DNA of 64,000 nt from Balanoglossus misakiensis (Eukaryota > Animalia > Hemichordata): contig CM082598.2 of NCBI GenBank assembly GCA_040954595.2, forward strand, positions 3,654,565-3,718,564. The letters run 5' to 3'. The notes under the pieces are model-generated. The model did no database searches, was not told the DNA's origin, and was given only the letters and a program-made list of their open reading frames with translations. Position numbers and translations under genes: made by a program. Below, piece by piece: positions 27,153-38,765 of this stretch. Each line of letters begins with the position of its first letter. The stretch's first letter is position 1.

Positions 27153-27308
27153 CCAAATATGGTGAATGTCCTCCAAATATGGTGAAATGTGTACCAAACA
27201 TGGTGAAATGTGTACCAAATATGGTGAAATGTGTACCAAATATGGTAAAATGTGTTCTGAATATGGTAAATGTGCTCCAAATATGGTAAAATGTGTTCCA
27301 AATATGGA
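27153..27308. repeat. 21-bp minisatellite in MDM intron
   Basis: About 7 copies of CCAAATATGGTRAAATGTGTW. Confidence 0.93.
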
Positions 27309-27484
27309 ATTCAGGCGCTGGCTGTACTCATTGAGGGCCATGTTGATAAGCTCGACAACGCAGAGTTGACAAAACGCTGAACAAAACCAAAAAGTAACAC
27401 TCGTACGTCGAGCATCTCAACACGCAAAATAAAGTTGAAATCCAATTTGACGAATGTTAATCTTTATTTTTGCACACTGCTTAC

Positions 27485-27650
27485 CGGGAGCAGATATGGA
27501 TCTCTGAAGGTGATGTTTCCCACGGATTGATTTCAGTTGAGCCAATTTTTCCTCGTCCGGAAGCCAACCTTTCCGTAAAGTCCAGCACCGGACACAGTAT
27601 CTCTGGAGTGGGGAGTTCCACGTGGAACATTCCGTACAGGTCCACTTATC
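27485..27650 (-). CDS. MDM2: MDM gene, RanBP2-type C4 zinc finger exon
   Basis: DKWTCTECSTWNSPLQRYCVRCWTLRKGWLPD...RSISAP; AG acceptor and G|GTAAGC donor. Confidence 0.93.
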
Positions 27651-27865
27651 CTGGGAAAAAAAGATACACATGTTAAAATGAACAATAGAAGGGAGGAATT
27701 TCCTTATGTCGATTCTTTTGTTTTCATGACAAAAATTTACTTCCAACACAGCACAAGTGCATGTACAGATTTTCCTACGTCATCATATCCTTTTACTTTT
27801 TATGATGAATGAATTCGTAACTCGTTGCCATGACAACAACTACCAGATCACATGACCAAGCTCAC

Positions 27866-27955
27866 CTGGTCAGTAAGTTCCCCATCAGTATCGCTACTGT
27901 CGTCATCAGCGAAGCACGAGTCATCGTCGTCGCACAACTGAAGAACTTCATAGAC
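27866..27955 (-). CDS. MDM2: MDM gene, acidic domain exon 2
   Basis: VYEVLQLCDDDDSCFADDDSSDTDGELTDQ, 90 nt, phase 0-0, ttccag|...CAG|GTGAGC; corresponds to the MDM2 'VYQVTVY' exon. Confidence 0.9.
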
Positions 27956-28251
27956 CTGGAAAGTTGAATCAAGGGACATAAAGGAACTTAAAATTAATAC
28001 AAGCACGGAGTTGGAACAGAAAACTTTAGTGTAGCACACAGACTACAAAATTCGAACCAATGAGGACGGGCAGTGCATGCAGCGGTTCTGTAAGCTGGCT
28101 TCCGATTGGTCAGTTTCTTTATCAAATGCGCTCTTTGAACTTGTGTTCGACAAGAGTACACAGGCGCTGAATAAACCAACAAGGATAGGCTTTCTGAGGA
28201 TTTACACATCAAGGTTCTTGAAATGACAATTAACGATTTGACTTCTCTCAC

Positions 28252-28413
28252 CTCTGTTGATGTGTCGCTGCCATCGGTCTCGGCCGACGTGTTTCCGAAT
28301 CCGTACCCTTCACTGACTTCCGACTCCACTTCGTATTCCACGGAGAAATGTCCATCCTCTTCCAGAAACCACAGATCATCAGACGAATCAGCTACATACG
28401 CCGTCTCGTGCCC
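28252..28413 (-). CDS. MDM2: MDM gene, acidic domain exon 1
   Basis: GHETAYVADSSDDLWFLEEDGHFSVEYEVES...DTSTE, 162 nt, phase 0-0; matches MDM4 'TAIVSDTTDDLWFL' and MDM2 'FSVEFEVES'. Confidence 0.92.
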
Positions 28414-28527
28414 CTGCACGAAGAAAAAGCAATGAATTTGTCATGATTTGACACTACGCGTCACAAAATAAACCATAAATTCCACTTTTTTTTTCTATTT
28501 TGAGATCAAGTGTTATTTATATCTTAC

Positions 28528-28631
28528 ATGTAAACTGCTGTGAACATCTGTACTTTTTGTCGATACTTTGCTTTCCACTGTTGCTGTAGATTCTGTCGAT
28601 GACAATTGTTCCTTTTCCTTTGAACTACAGT
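28528..28631 (-). CDS. MDM2: MDM gene, internal S/T-rich exon
   Basis: ctttttcag| acceptor, CAT|GTAAGA donor, 104 nt, phase 1-0; (D)CSSKEKEQ...STDVHSSLH keeps frame with both neighbours. Confidence 0.8.
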
Positions 28632-28654
28632 CTGAAAAAGTGACAACAGAAAAA

Positions 28655-28848
28655 CGATGACAGTGCATCTTTAACAAGAGAAGATGACAATGCACCTTTA
28701 AAAAAGATGACTATGCATCTTTAACAAAAGATGACAATAAATCTTCAATAAAAGATTGCAATGCACATTTAACAAATGACAACAATACATCTGCAACAAA
28801 AGATGGCAATCCATCTTTAATTAAACATGGTGACATTGCATCCTTAAC
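28655..28848. repeat. Degenerate ~22-24-bp minisatellite in MDM intron
   Basis: Repeated GATGACAATGCATCTTTAACAAAA-like units (~8). Confidence 0.8.
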
Positions 28849-28943
28849 ATTAAGTGGACATATTGAGTCTTCCTATCCTCCCCATTATGAAGTAGAAGAT
28901 CCTAAGAAATTGAGGATTTCTGCATCTTGGAAAATCTCTTTAC

Positions 28944-29172
28944 CTGTCTTCCTGAGAGGTGATACATAAGAATTGCCACTATGTGATGGTACTTTGGTGT
29001 CCGGGGAGACGCCCGACGATCTACAGGCGCTCGTTGACACGGCCGCTTCCATGGTTACGGGGGATGGTGGGACTGGAGCCAGCATGGAGGTGGATGTCGT
29101 TGTTGCTGGTGTAGCCGTGGTAACTGTGCATGTTGATGGCTTTCGAAGAGCTGCATCTTTCTGCGTTGTTGC
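28944..29172 (-). CDS. MDM2: MDM gene, internal T/P/S-rich exon
   Basis: atatttcag| acceptor, CAG|GTAAA donor, 229 nt, phase 0-1, open frame ATTQKDAALRKP...SPLRKT. Confidence 0.8.
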
Positions 29173-29287
29173 CTGAAATATCGGAAGAAAATATGCTTAT
29201 AATCATGATTGCCATCTTTGGAAAAAAGATATGATCGACGTACATTGAATGAAATATAGATGGAAATATAAACCACTTTTCACGTAC

Positions 29288-29361
29288 CGGTTCATGATGA
29301 TGTTGTAGAGTATAGTATGATTGTCTCTGTTGGTGTTGATATCCTTGTTCATGATGCTCAG
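29288..29361 (-). CDS. MDM2: MDM gene, short H/Q-rich exon
   Basis: cacttacag| acceptor, CCG|GTACGT donor, 74 nt, phase 1-0; (A)EHHEQGYQHQQRQSYYTLQHHHEP. Confidence 0.75.
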
Positions 29362-29569
29362 CTGTAAGTGAAGAAATAATTGTTTTAAATAAAACTTACT
29401 ACAACTGACCTAACACGTAAATTCTTACAAATGAACTGGAAATTCTTTCTCTCCACTGTTGCGATAAGGGTTTAAAAATTCTCAAGTGTATGACACACAC
29501 ACTGGATGGGTACGTTTATTATCCACTGTTCTAGTAGAAATTTCACTCAAAAATCTGAAGAATTCTTAC

Positions 29570-29619
29570 CGATGTTCGCCGGGTCGTTGACGATGACCAC
29601 GTTATCAAACAGCAAATTC
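29570..29619 (-). CDS. MDM2: MDM gene, end of p53-binding (SWIB) domain
   Basis: 50-nt exon, same size as the vertebrate equivalent; (K)NLLFDNVVIVNDPANI; tttccag| and G|GTAAGA. Confidence 0.88.
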
Positions 29620-30207
29620 CTGGAAACAAAAAGCAACGAGATGTCAATTTTGATCAAAAATTTCAGAAATGCTGTTTGTCTTTAACTGAACAAAAATTCC
29701 ATCCTCCCATAAATAGCACTGGCTATAGTCATCAAATACTTTTTTACAAAATACACACCTACAACTAAATTATGAGACATGCTGCCACCTGGGCAAACAT
29801 GTATAATTATAATCTTTCCATAATTATTTCTTTCATAACACAACTAAAACATGTCCATGCAAAGTCTCCACTCCAATCATGCAACAACTTGAATAAACCT
29901 GCATTTTTTATGTGTGAAAAAGAAAGATCTTGTTATAATTCCATTTCTATTAAAAGTCAATTATTAATCTTTCAATCATATTATGCTTGTGTGCTTATTA
30001 ATAAAATTAAATGTTTTAGACGTGTTCTGGCAACAAGTTTGGATTTGTACTGACACAGTAAAAAATATGAAATCATGTTCAAAAATACTTAATTTTGCCA
30101 ACAAAAATCATTGTAACCACCTACATCACTCATATCACCAATGAAATCAGCTATGCCTAAGTTATGATCAGACTGCTTAGATGGACAGTCTTTAGCCCAA
30201 TCCTTAA

Positions 30208-30300
30208 TTAACCCTTTCACCCCCAGTTCAGTCTTTAGAGGTCCAACTTTACCATAGGAAACAATGGGTTTGGACTGAACCATGGCGGTGAAAGGGTTAA
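30208..30300. mobile_element. 85-bp MITE with TTAA target duplication (piggyBac-type ends), most intact copy
   Basis: TTAA-CCCTTTCACC...GGTGAAAGGG-TTAA terminal inverted repeats; related copies elsewhere in the window. Confidence 0.85.
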
Positions 30301-30835
30301 AGTCCTGGACAACCTCTGTAAGGACTAAAAACCCTGCAAACCATTAACTCCAGGACGGTACCGGTAGAACAGTTTTGGGGCCACATTTCTTTTGATAACG
30401 CAGATAACAAAGCCAGTTCTGAATGCCCGAGTTTATCAAATGCTCCAAATTGCTAAGATAACTGAACTCAAGTGTAATGAGCTTAGGATATTAAGGCCGA
30501 TTAGATAAAAGATTCAAAATAAGCAGCATCTGATTAAACAGTTTTGTTGAGACAAGTTTTTCTGATAAGTGGTCGATTAGCAGTGTTAACTTAACCTCAA
30601 ACTTGACGGAAAACGTATCATTGAAGGACAATTTAGTGTTTTACTACTGTAGTGGTGAAAAACATTCCTATTGGACCTTCCAATGTGGTACAAGTCTTCT
30701 CATTGGATGAACTGTGCCATTATGAGGCAGGGGTGGATGACACCAAAATGAGGGGCACGTTTATCTACCTATGAACTGTATACCACCGAAATACATGGAA
30801 GTGTTGTTGAATGTGTGCTGAGGGGGCTTACTTAC

Positions 30836-30969
30836 TTGACATCTTTGATGGTGAACCGCTCGACACCAAACACTTTTCCTAGGGGGTCATTCTGACAGTA
30901 GACTTTCCTGGGGTCTTGTTCGTCGTATAATTGGCGACTTCCGATATATTTGATCAAGTAAGACAACAG
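30836..30969 (-). CDS. MDM2: MDM gene, p53-binding (SWIB) domain core
   Basis: 134-nt exon LLSYLIKYIGSRQLYDEQDPRKVYCQNDPLGKVFGVERFTIKDV, homologous in sequence and length to MDM2 '[44 protein letters not shown]'. Confidence 0.95.
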
Positions 30970-32902
30970 CTAGAACGACAAAAAAAGAAACATAAAAATC
31001 ATTTTGTTTCCAATATGGAAATCAGTCTATAGCTGAGTAGTTTCAGCAACAGCACCCTCTAGTGTCAAATATGACATCTGCACGCCACGACAAGAGGAGG
31101 TCAATTTTGAGCAAACATGGTAGTTAGGAGTGTCTCCCACTTAAACACAAGAAGCCAAATGCTGCAACAGACTGTAAGTTAACACAAACCAGTTGGTCAA
31201 ATGTTAGCTAAATGCAGTCACACTGAAGTTCAACTCATAAATAATTTATGACAGCTGTATTTGTGAACTGTCTGTGCCAAATTATCTTGTTTGAGTTTCT
31301 TGCCGATAAAATTTGCAATGCCGACTTGCAAGGCTGGACATGCACACATGTAATCAGTTTTGTGAACACGTCTACATAAAACCTGTTAAAACAGGAATCA
31401 ATATTTAGACCTGGTAATTTCACGTGTTGTATAGACAGGCACTGAACACTTTCATAAAATTTAGTAAAGTGAAATCAGCAGTTTCAATTTTTAGTATCAA
31501 ACAATTATGTCAAATGTACTAAAAATAAAAAATGCACCTCCTTGTTTACACGATGTAGGTATGCAGATTCAATTTTTTTAAGTTGATCAAAATTTTTTAC
31601 CAATGTAAAATTTTCTCTGTTGATCAAAATTTCTGATGCAGATTCATAATGTATCATTCATATTATGCTACATGGTTTTAGAAAGAAGAAACTGGACAAT
31701 GTCGTAACAGACGTCAAAATATGTCGTATCATGCCACATTTAGAAGGGGAAAAAAACACCTTGTCTTTATACAGATCTTTCTTTTCTTATACACGTTTTA
31801 TCAGGAAACTGTCGATAACATTTGCCAGTCCCCCTCCTTTTTATCTCTGAGATAACCAACGCAAAAGTTAAGTACACAGACTGGGCTCTGATAAAGTGTG
31901 AAATTAGCATGGGAATTATTGCACCTGGGGTGTATTTGGGAACATTTCAGGTACCGTTACTTTTGTGGTGTTTAACATGATGGGCCATGTGTTGTTTGTC
32001 CTGTGTCGTATGAGAATGTCCTCCCATATAAACTGTCTGGCCGTGCGAGATCTCACGGAATCTCACACAGAATGTGAGAAATGATCTATGTGAATTTGAG
32101 TCACGACTGACAAAATAAGTCATCTCGAGGGTGGGGTGGGGTGGGGTGGGGTCTCCATGGGGTAGGGGTTTTGTTACAGGAAAATAATGGCTACACATGC
32201 AACCATGGTTGTCGTTAAAACTGTCAACTGATGCTCACGTAACAATTCCGCGTACTACCTGACATTTCCTTGCCGGATATAGCCCTAGGAAAACCGTGAT
32301 TTTCTACTCTCGCTGAACAGAGATGATTTTCCACCGCCTCTAGCCAAGTGCCACCTTTGAAAACACTTCCTTTTTAATCAAAACATCATCGCGCTAATGT
32401 TGGAGCCTTTACCAAGGTTCTATGCTATGACCACCTACCTAGTTTATCAATTCCAGTTGACGACACATCTCCTTATCATTGCATATTTCGAGATTCACTC
32501 AGTCCAATCAAACTGCCCCCTTTGTTCTACACTTATTAAGGTAAAACCGTCCTCTGTTTCAATGCCTTATTAAGGTCACATTGTCTATTGTTTCGACACT
32601 TCAATTTACATGTTACATACAGTGACACCCTCTTTAATGGGTCTTTAATGGAACGTTTTAAAGGGGAAGTGAAGTTGGAACTGTATCCAAATTGCATGAG
32701 ACCCCCAGTGCAGTATTACCCCCAGGAATTTCTGATACAGTACTGTCTAATTTGCATGACAACGTAACGTATTGTTATGATAATGATTTCTATTGTTTCC
32801 CATGATGAAAGTCATCGGCCGATACCCTTTAATTGCTCTGAGGAGAAACCACTGGCTTTGACGTGCAGAAGAATTGACACCAGAACTGAATTTGTACCGT
32901 AC

Positions 32903-32977
32903 CTGTCTCGTGGTGAACAAGTGCCCCTTAGCACCGACCGTCGTCAACAATTCTAGAAATTTCGGCTTGGGCCACAC
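32903..32977 (-). CDS. MDM2: MDM gene, first SWIB-domain exon
   Basis: 75-nt phase 0-0 exon VWPKPKFLELLTTVGAKGHLFTTRQ, equivalent to MDM2 '[25 protein letters not shown]'. Confidence 0.95.
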
Positions 32978-33381
32978 CTGGCGAGAAAACAATACGCACC
33001 AATTAAGCGATACACTCAAAAATGATTGCGAATAAACTGATACAAACAATTCAGGCCGCAATAAAAATTATTACGATATGTATTACTCATAACAATGGAC
33101 GTTGGATCTCAATTAAAATGTGAGAGATACAAATATAGATAGTTTTATCCCATTGTTACTGTCTGTTATTGTTGACACTTGCATTCAGGCCTGGACTTGA
33201 ATTCATTTGTCAACAATAACAATGGTTGTTACATATAGGCTGTCCTGGCTAACAAAAATATTGGGTACTAGTATTATAGCATTCTGATACACAGAAACAA
33301 TAATGCTTAAAAAGGGTTGTAGATTTGCCCCTTTAATTAATCACGGCCCCTCCTGTGGAGTGTCCGATTTGCAGGGTCGTA

Positions 33382-33474
33382 TTAACCCTTTCACCACCAT
33401 GGTTTGGTCCAAACCTATTGTTTTCTAAGCCAAAGTTGGGGCTATACAGAGGGAACTGGGGGTGAGGTTGGGGT
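33382..33474. mobile_element. 85-bp TTAA MITE copy, right end degraded
   Basis: TTAACCCTTTCACCACCATGGTTTGGTCCAAACC...GGGAACTGGGGGTGA. Confidence 0.75.
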
Positions 33475-33812
33475 GTGTTCATAGCCATGGAAACTCAACT
33501 TTCACTGGCAAAAATTAAATGACTGATACGAACGACAAATATCTTCAGAATGTCTGGGGCGCTGAAATCGTTTAGTCAAGATTCCGCCACAGTGGACAAA
33601 TTCTATGTACATTAGGTTTATATTTACACAGGAAACTGACTTGGTATAATCTGTACCAACATAAAATCGACCAAGTACAATAGCCGAGGCCGTACAACTG
33701 AAGAAGTCTCAACACCATCAAGCCAAATCGGTTAAATCTGAATATACACAGAGAAAATCCTTGATAGGTTACAAGATCACGGCTTCTACAAACATGATTG
33801 CCTGTGTCTTAC

Positions 33813-33891
33813 CAACGGAGAGAGATTTCTCGGTTTCTGTGGCTGCATGCTTGTCCCGACATGTCCTGGAGTGTCGTACAATGACATGGCT
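33813..33891 (-). CDS. MDM2: MDM gene, candidate exon 2b (short N-terminal lid, own ATG at 33887)
   Basis: cag|A GCC ATG ... MSLYDTPGHVGTSMQPQKPRNLSPL|GTAAGA, phase-0 donor in frame with the SWIB exon. Acceptor is weak, so this may instead be an alternative first exon. Confidence 0.65.
33847..33866. promoter_or_regulatory. p53 response element overlapping MDM exon 2b
   Basis: ATGCTTGTCC CGACATGTCC, 18/20 match to consensus, zero spacer. Confidence 0.5.
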
Positions 33892-36800
33892 CTGTTTGTG
33901 ACAACGCTACGTCACATGACAATGCCTTGGTCAGGAATATTACTGACTCCACGGATACGCTGGACAAGCCTGCTTGACAACACTCCATTGTCTTTTAATA
34001 ACTCCCACTTCTACTCTATATTGTTACATGAACACTTCTGCGACTATTATTTTACAGACGACAGATACAAATTTAAGAAATTTTGATATTTTTACTTACA
34101 AAAAGTAATTTTAGACAAAAAGATGACAATATACCTCAAAATTAATTTTTGCAATTTAGAAACAGTTGTTGAGACTACATTTGAGCACATATTTATACGA
34201 CTTTTGGCCTTCGCTTACACCAATACACTGCTATTGTCTACTTAATTTACTACCATTACTAATTATGTTTACAAAATAAATTTGAATTAATGCTGATTTT
34301 TTTGTTTTCTGTCTCAACCTATATTTCACAGCAAAATCATTGATTTTCTCGGTGAAAAATATATTTTTTATAAAAACAGATTCTGTTGATCGACTGGGTG
34401 ACAGCCTTCATATCGGAATCTGATAAACTATTGTCGTTGCAGAGCCAGGAGGGGGGGGGGGGGGGGGTACAAAGGGCCCTGTGACTCAACAATGAAACTT
34501 TTTCCGCCAATCAGCGTCCGGGCACGGGACAAGTCAAAAACAAGAGGGCGACAAGAAGAAACTTGTCGTTAGCGACAAGTGTAAACACTGCGGAAAAAAC
34601 AGATATATACCAAACAGTGACGAATGTTCAGAACTACGTAGGCAACGCCTCGTCGGACATTTAAAAAGCTCCCCCCCCCCCCCCTCGACATGCCCGAACA
34701 CACCAAACCCTCAAGACTTCTAGAGCTTTGTACGACTCTGTCGATGCCGACATCTGCACAGACAGGTCTGGAGGAAATCTGAATTCCTGCCAAAATAACT
34801 TGAGCAAGAGTCACCGTTACATACATGTATACTGGGCTGGTTCTACCAATCGTTTATACACAAATGTAACCATATTTTATTTTACATACATATTGGGGTC
34901 TGATTCCATCTCACAGAAAGTATTGAAAATGTGGATGTAACTGAATGCTCAGTTATGAATGTAATTGATTGATAAAAACGAAAAGAGTGTGTTCTGAAAA
35001 TGACTAAAGGTCCGTAATTCATTTTCAATACAGCAAGGTGATGTGTACGTAACTTGTATAGTTCAATTTATTGTGTGAAGACAATCACTTGAGAGTACTC
35101 TCCCCCTGCGGCCAACCTGCACACCCCAGAACCGAATGGAATGACCCAGCCCGACAACAGACAACAACAGGGGTGTCCTACACCGGTGCATGGAAACAGG
35201 GGTGGGCAGGTTGCACCGTTAGGGGGCGATTCTGACCTCAGCACTATCAGGACTTTGGTCGACCGCGCAAACAATTTCTGGATGTACGCCAACTCCAAGA
35301 TGTGCATCTGCCTGTCGCGACACGTCGGACAAAAAAATTTCGCAAACAGTATTGTTCCCTGGCTGTAACTTTTCATTCTTGGCTTCAAAACGCCCGGCTA
35401 AACTTTGCCCTAAAGTCAAAACTTTGGCCCGGGGCGGGCACAGCTATAGTTCGACTGTTTCTACTTGCTTATCAAAACCCGAAGAACAATTGCGAGTTAC
35501 AAGCCGACACATCAAAGAAATCTTTTTATTGCTGGCACTCAACTTCATTACACCATACTAAAACCTAATTAAGCGTAATTAGTGCTTCATTACATCATTT
35601 TGATAACTGATAGTTAGCCTTCGACATGTTCATTAATTTTATAAGAAAAATTTCACACTGTAAGAAAACAGCAAGACCATTTTGAGAGGTACGTTGTAAA
35701 CATTCTTAACTGTGAAAATATACCGTCACAAGTCTTTGTCTTAGTCTTCACAAAGGTGTGAGACGTTTCAAATAATCACAAGTCATTTTTTCAAAGAATC
35801 CCGAATTCTCCGGTACATATTAGAACTGTGTCCAGGTTGATGCATTTTTGTATACACTCTCAAAAATCGGTTTCTGAATCCTCCAAAGATAAAAATATAT
35901 GAAGTGTTGAAATATTGACATTGAAACTATTTCTTGACAATGCTCTTTGCTGGTCGTGACCGATGTCACAATGACCTACTCGGACTTGAACTTTGACCTC
36001 TTTTCAAAGCCAGTGTTAGACAATCACTGGGTTGAGGATCAGTAGTTTTGTGTTATGTTGGCAAGAAGTTGTATGATGTACACATACATATGATGGTGGT
36101 CGTTAAGGTGTGGTCTGACGGCCTTGGCAACAATTTGAATACCTTGACGAGTGGAGAAAAAGAATGATATATACTGGGCATCAAAATCTTCCTTATAAGA
36201 AAGATTTAATGGCTCTTAAATTGCAAGCTTCAATCTCTGATCTCTGAAATGGCTGCTGATGGTAGTACAGAAATTGAACTATGACCTCTGACCTTGTAAG
36301 GTCAAAGGCATTGTGGGCCAACCAGAGAGCAGAGCCCACACCTTGTTGGTAAAGATTCCTCACCCATTTCTAATTTGAGAAATGATGAAATCACCGAGAC
36401 AAGTCATACATCCTTTGATTGTCTGTCGACCAGACAGACAGATATCCTCCGACATGATCATTCAGTCGTCATTGATTAAAATATTTCCATCCTCTCTGTA
36501 ATGCGATTAACGCCTTCTTTCACTCGAATATTTCAAATTCCTCGGGTACTTCCTCTGTTCCGAAATATTTATCTTTCTTTTCAAAATGTTGCAATTTATA
36601 AGAAATGATTACAAAATTCAGGGGGAGAAGAAGGTAAATACAGTCCAGTATACAACCCTATCACTGTTGCCCTTTTCACGAAAAGTGTACCACTTCACCA
36701 CTGAAAAGAAAACATGCCCACGAATCTGTTCTTGTCAGGGACGAAGTTTTCCTCAAAGAGTTCGACTGATTTGCTAGATCTTATGTAAAAGAAGCTAATT

Positions 36801-37112
36801 AGGAGTAATTGAAGCGACTCTGAAAAGGGAGATTGATGATGTCTGAAATACTGCCCACCGAATCCAGAACAAGTAATCAAGTCAATTAGATGCTTCAGTG
36901 CACAGTGAAAACCTTAAACAAGTCGGTCGGAAAGTGAAATTGCCCCTAAATCTTGTGTTTGTGTGTTAAATAGGTTGGTAAAGTAGCAAAACATTGGTAT
37001 TATCCAGGGAGGTAATTAAAGCTTGCTTACAAAGCGAAACTGCTCAATTTCTGTTTCTGAAGTTTGTACTTTTTGAGACAAAAAATTGAAGCCAGACGAC
37101 AAAACTACTCAC

Positions 37113-37365
37113 TGTTATTTCTTTGCTTGGTAGCTTGTGCTCCGGCTGCAGTTCCTTGGCCAGAATGGTCGCCATAGCAACAGCCGCACTCTCCCTGTCG
37201 CACCTGGAGTTGACCGGCGCCGTTGCCGTGGCAATGATGGTGGGGCCTCCATGCGGCGACTTGGCTGTGGCGGTGATTTCGACCGAGCTCTGGGAACTGG
37301 AGGACCGCTGGCGAGACTCGCAGCGGGATCTTCGACGTCGCCGACGTCTGTTCCCTTTGGGCATC
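37113..37365 (-). CDS. MDM2: MDM gene, candidate exon 2a (84-aa Arg/Ser-rich N-terminal extension)
   Basis: ttctgacttttgaaatttctgctgacag|G ATG...; MPKGNRRRRRRRSRCESRQRSSSSQSS...KLPSKEIT|GTGAGT; phase 2 in and phase 0 out, in frame with the SWIB exon; GC-rich coding-like composition. Confidence 0.7.
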
Positions 37366-37960
37366 CTGTCAGCAGAAATTTCAAAAGTCAGAAATTGCAG
37401 CGAAAATAAAGATATTTGCTGTGAATTTTTTGGGAGTCGTTTAACACAAACAAAACGAGGAAGTTGCTTGTGTAGATAATTTTTTCATCACTTCCCAATT
37501 TTCTCACAAACTATACCTGTCGGACATGGGTACTAAATCTACCCAGATTCGCAGACGGACGGCAGACACACTGAACGGCCAAGAATCGATGTCTTGTCCT
37601 GCTGGGTAGCTCTTGCAATATCGCTAAATTTAGACCGTTCCGGTGATATTAATCGGACAAAAGATGCAACGAGTTTGGGTTGAAATCGCCGATCGCCACG
37701 TGCTAATTTCGCGCGGAAAGAAATGGACATGAAATATATCCCAAATGCAAGGGACGCATTATCACCTGACTGTATCGCGAACTGGCGATGGGCTGACATA
37801 CTTGATCGGCGACACGGGAGCGGTTTTCGCCGTGAACGTAATAAGACGCATTTTGCTGGGCTGCTGGCCGACGAGTCCGGCGAAGTTCTCGCGGATGGAA
37901 GGTTCGCTATCTGATCTTTAAATGGCAAGGTAATCACATCAGGTGTGTCGAAATGCGAGT

Positions 37961-37990
37961 GGGCAACCCCCGACATGTCTGAACACGTTC
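37961..37990. promoter_or_regulatory. Triple p53 half-site array in MDM 5' intron
   Basis: GGGCAACCCC CGACATGTCT GAACACGTTC, three contiguous decamers with one mismatch each. Confidence 0.55.
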
Positions 37991-38628
37991 GTCTCTTTTG
38001 TTGACGCTCTACCCAACACACAAAGCCGTGGGATGATGACGAAGGGGTTCCCTCATTCAAATGAAGGTCCTCGCATTTAAAAACTACAGTCATTTTAAAC
38101 GCCCAGATTTTCGATCGCGACGCCTCGGTGCTGTGCACATGCAAACACATCAGACGATTGGAGATATATCCGCGTGATATTCCATGGAATCAAGTTCGAA
38201 GTTCACACACACATTCGCTTCCCTCGGCCACCTTGACATGACCTTTTGGGGGGGACATAGACTGACTGACGTGGTACGGTGACATGACATATACAACACA
38301 GGACGCAGACATGTAAACACAACATTTTAAGCCGAGTTCTCGTCAAACCTGACACAGTCGGTGAAATATCACGCGGTCGAGTCGCCCCTGGCATCCGTGC
38401 AGCCCTCGGACATCGCCATTATTTCGCCAAATTCACAGGCTTTGGGGTCATTTCCAACCGAGCGCTCACGCACGCTCGCTGGCATTGACTCCTCTCATTT
38501 AAATACAGCTGATTGAGAACTGCGTCAAAATGGCGGGAAATTCTCACGCGTATGCAGATTTGCGCGTTCAAAACCGCGCCCGGACGCGAGAAAACGACGC
38601 CGGGGTTTTCAAAACTGCCGTAACTCAC

Positions 38629-38669
38629 CGTAATCTTTGAAGAGAAGGTACACGGAACACCGTCTCCAT
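38629..38669 (-). CDS. MDM2: MDM gene, candidate first exon 1b (coding part)
   Basis: aaaacATGG start, METVFRVPSLQRL(R), phase-2 donor CG|GTGAGT compatible with exons 2a and 2b; perfect p53 element ~77 bp upstream. Confidence 0.55.
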
Positions 38670-38745
38670 GTTTTCTGTCAAGGCGAAGTAGATTTTGCTC
38701 TTCGAAACAATTTCAAACGATAGCTATCGCTGTGCTATCAACACA

Positions 38746-38765
38746 AAACATGTCTGGACATGTCC
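38746..38765. promoter_or_regulatory. Perfect p53-family response element
   Basis: AAACATGTCT GGACATGTCC: two perfect RRRCWWGYYY half-sites, zero spacer, both CATG cores, just upstream of MDM candidate exon 1b. Confidence 0.85.

Noticed and set aside
37539-38150. 203-aa - strand ORF in the MDM 5' intron (also 167 aa at 16139-16642 and 157 aa at 61616-62089)
   Set aside because: No recognisable domain or fitting splice sites; consistent with chance ORFs in CpG-rich regulatory DNA.
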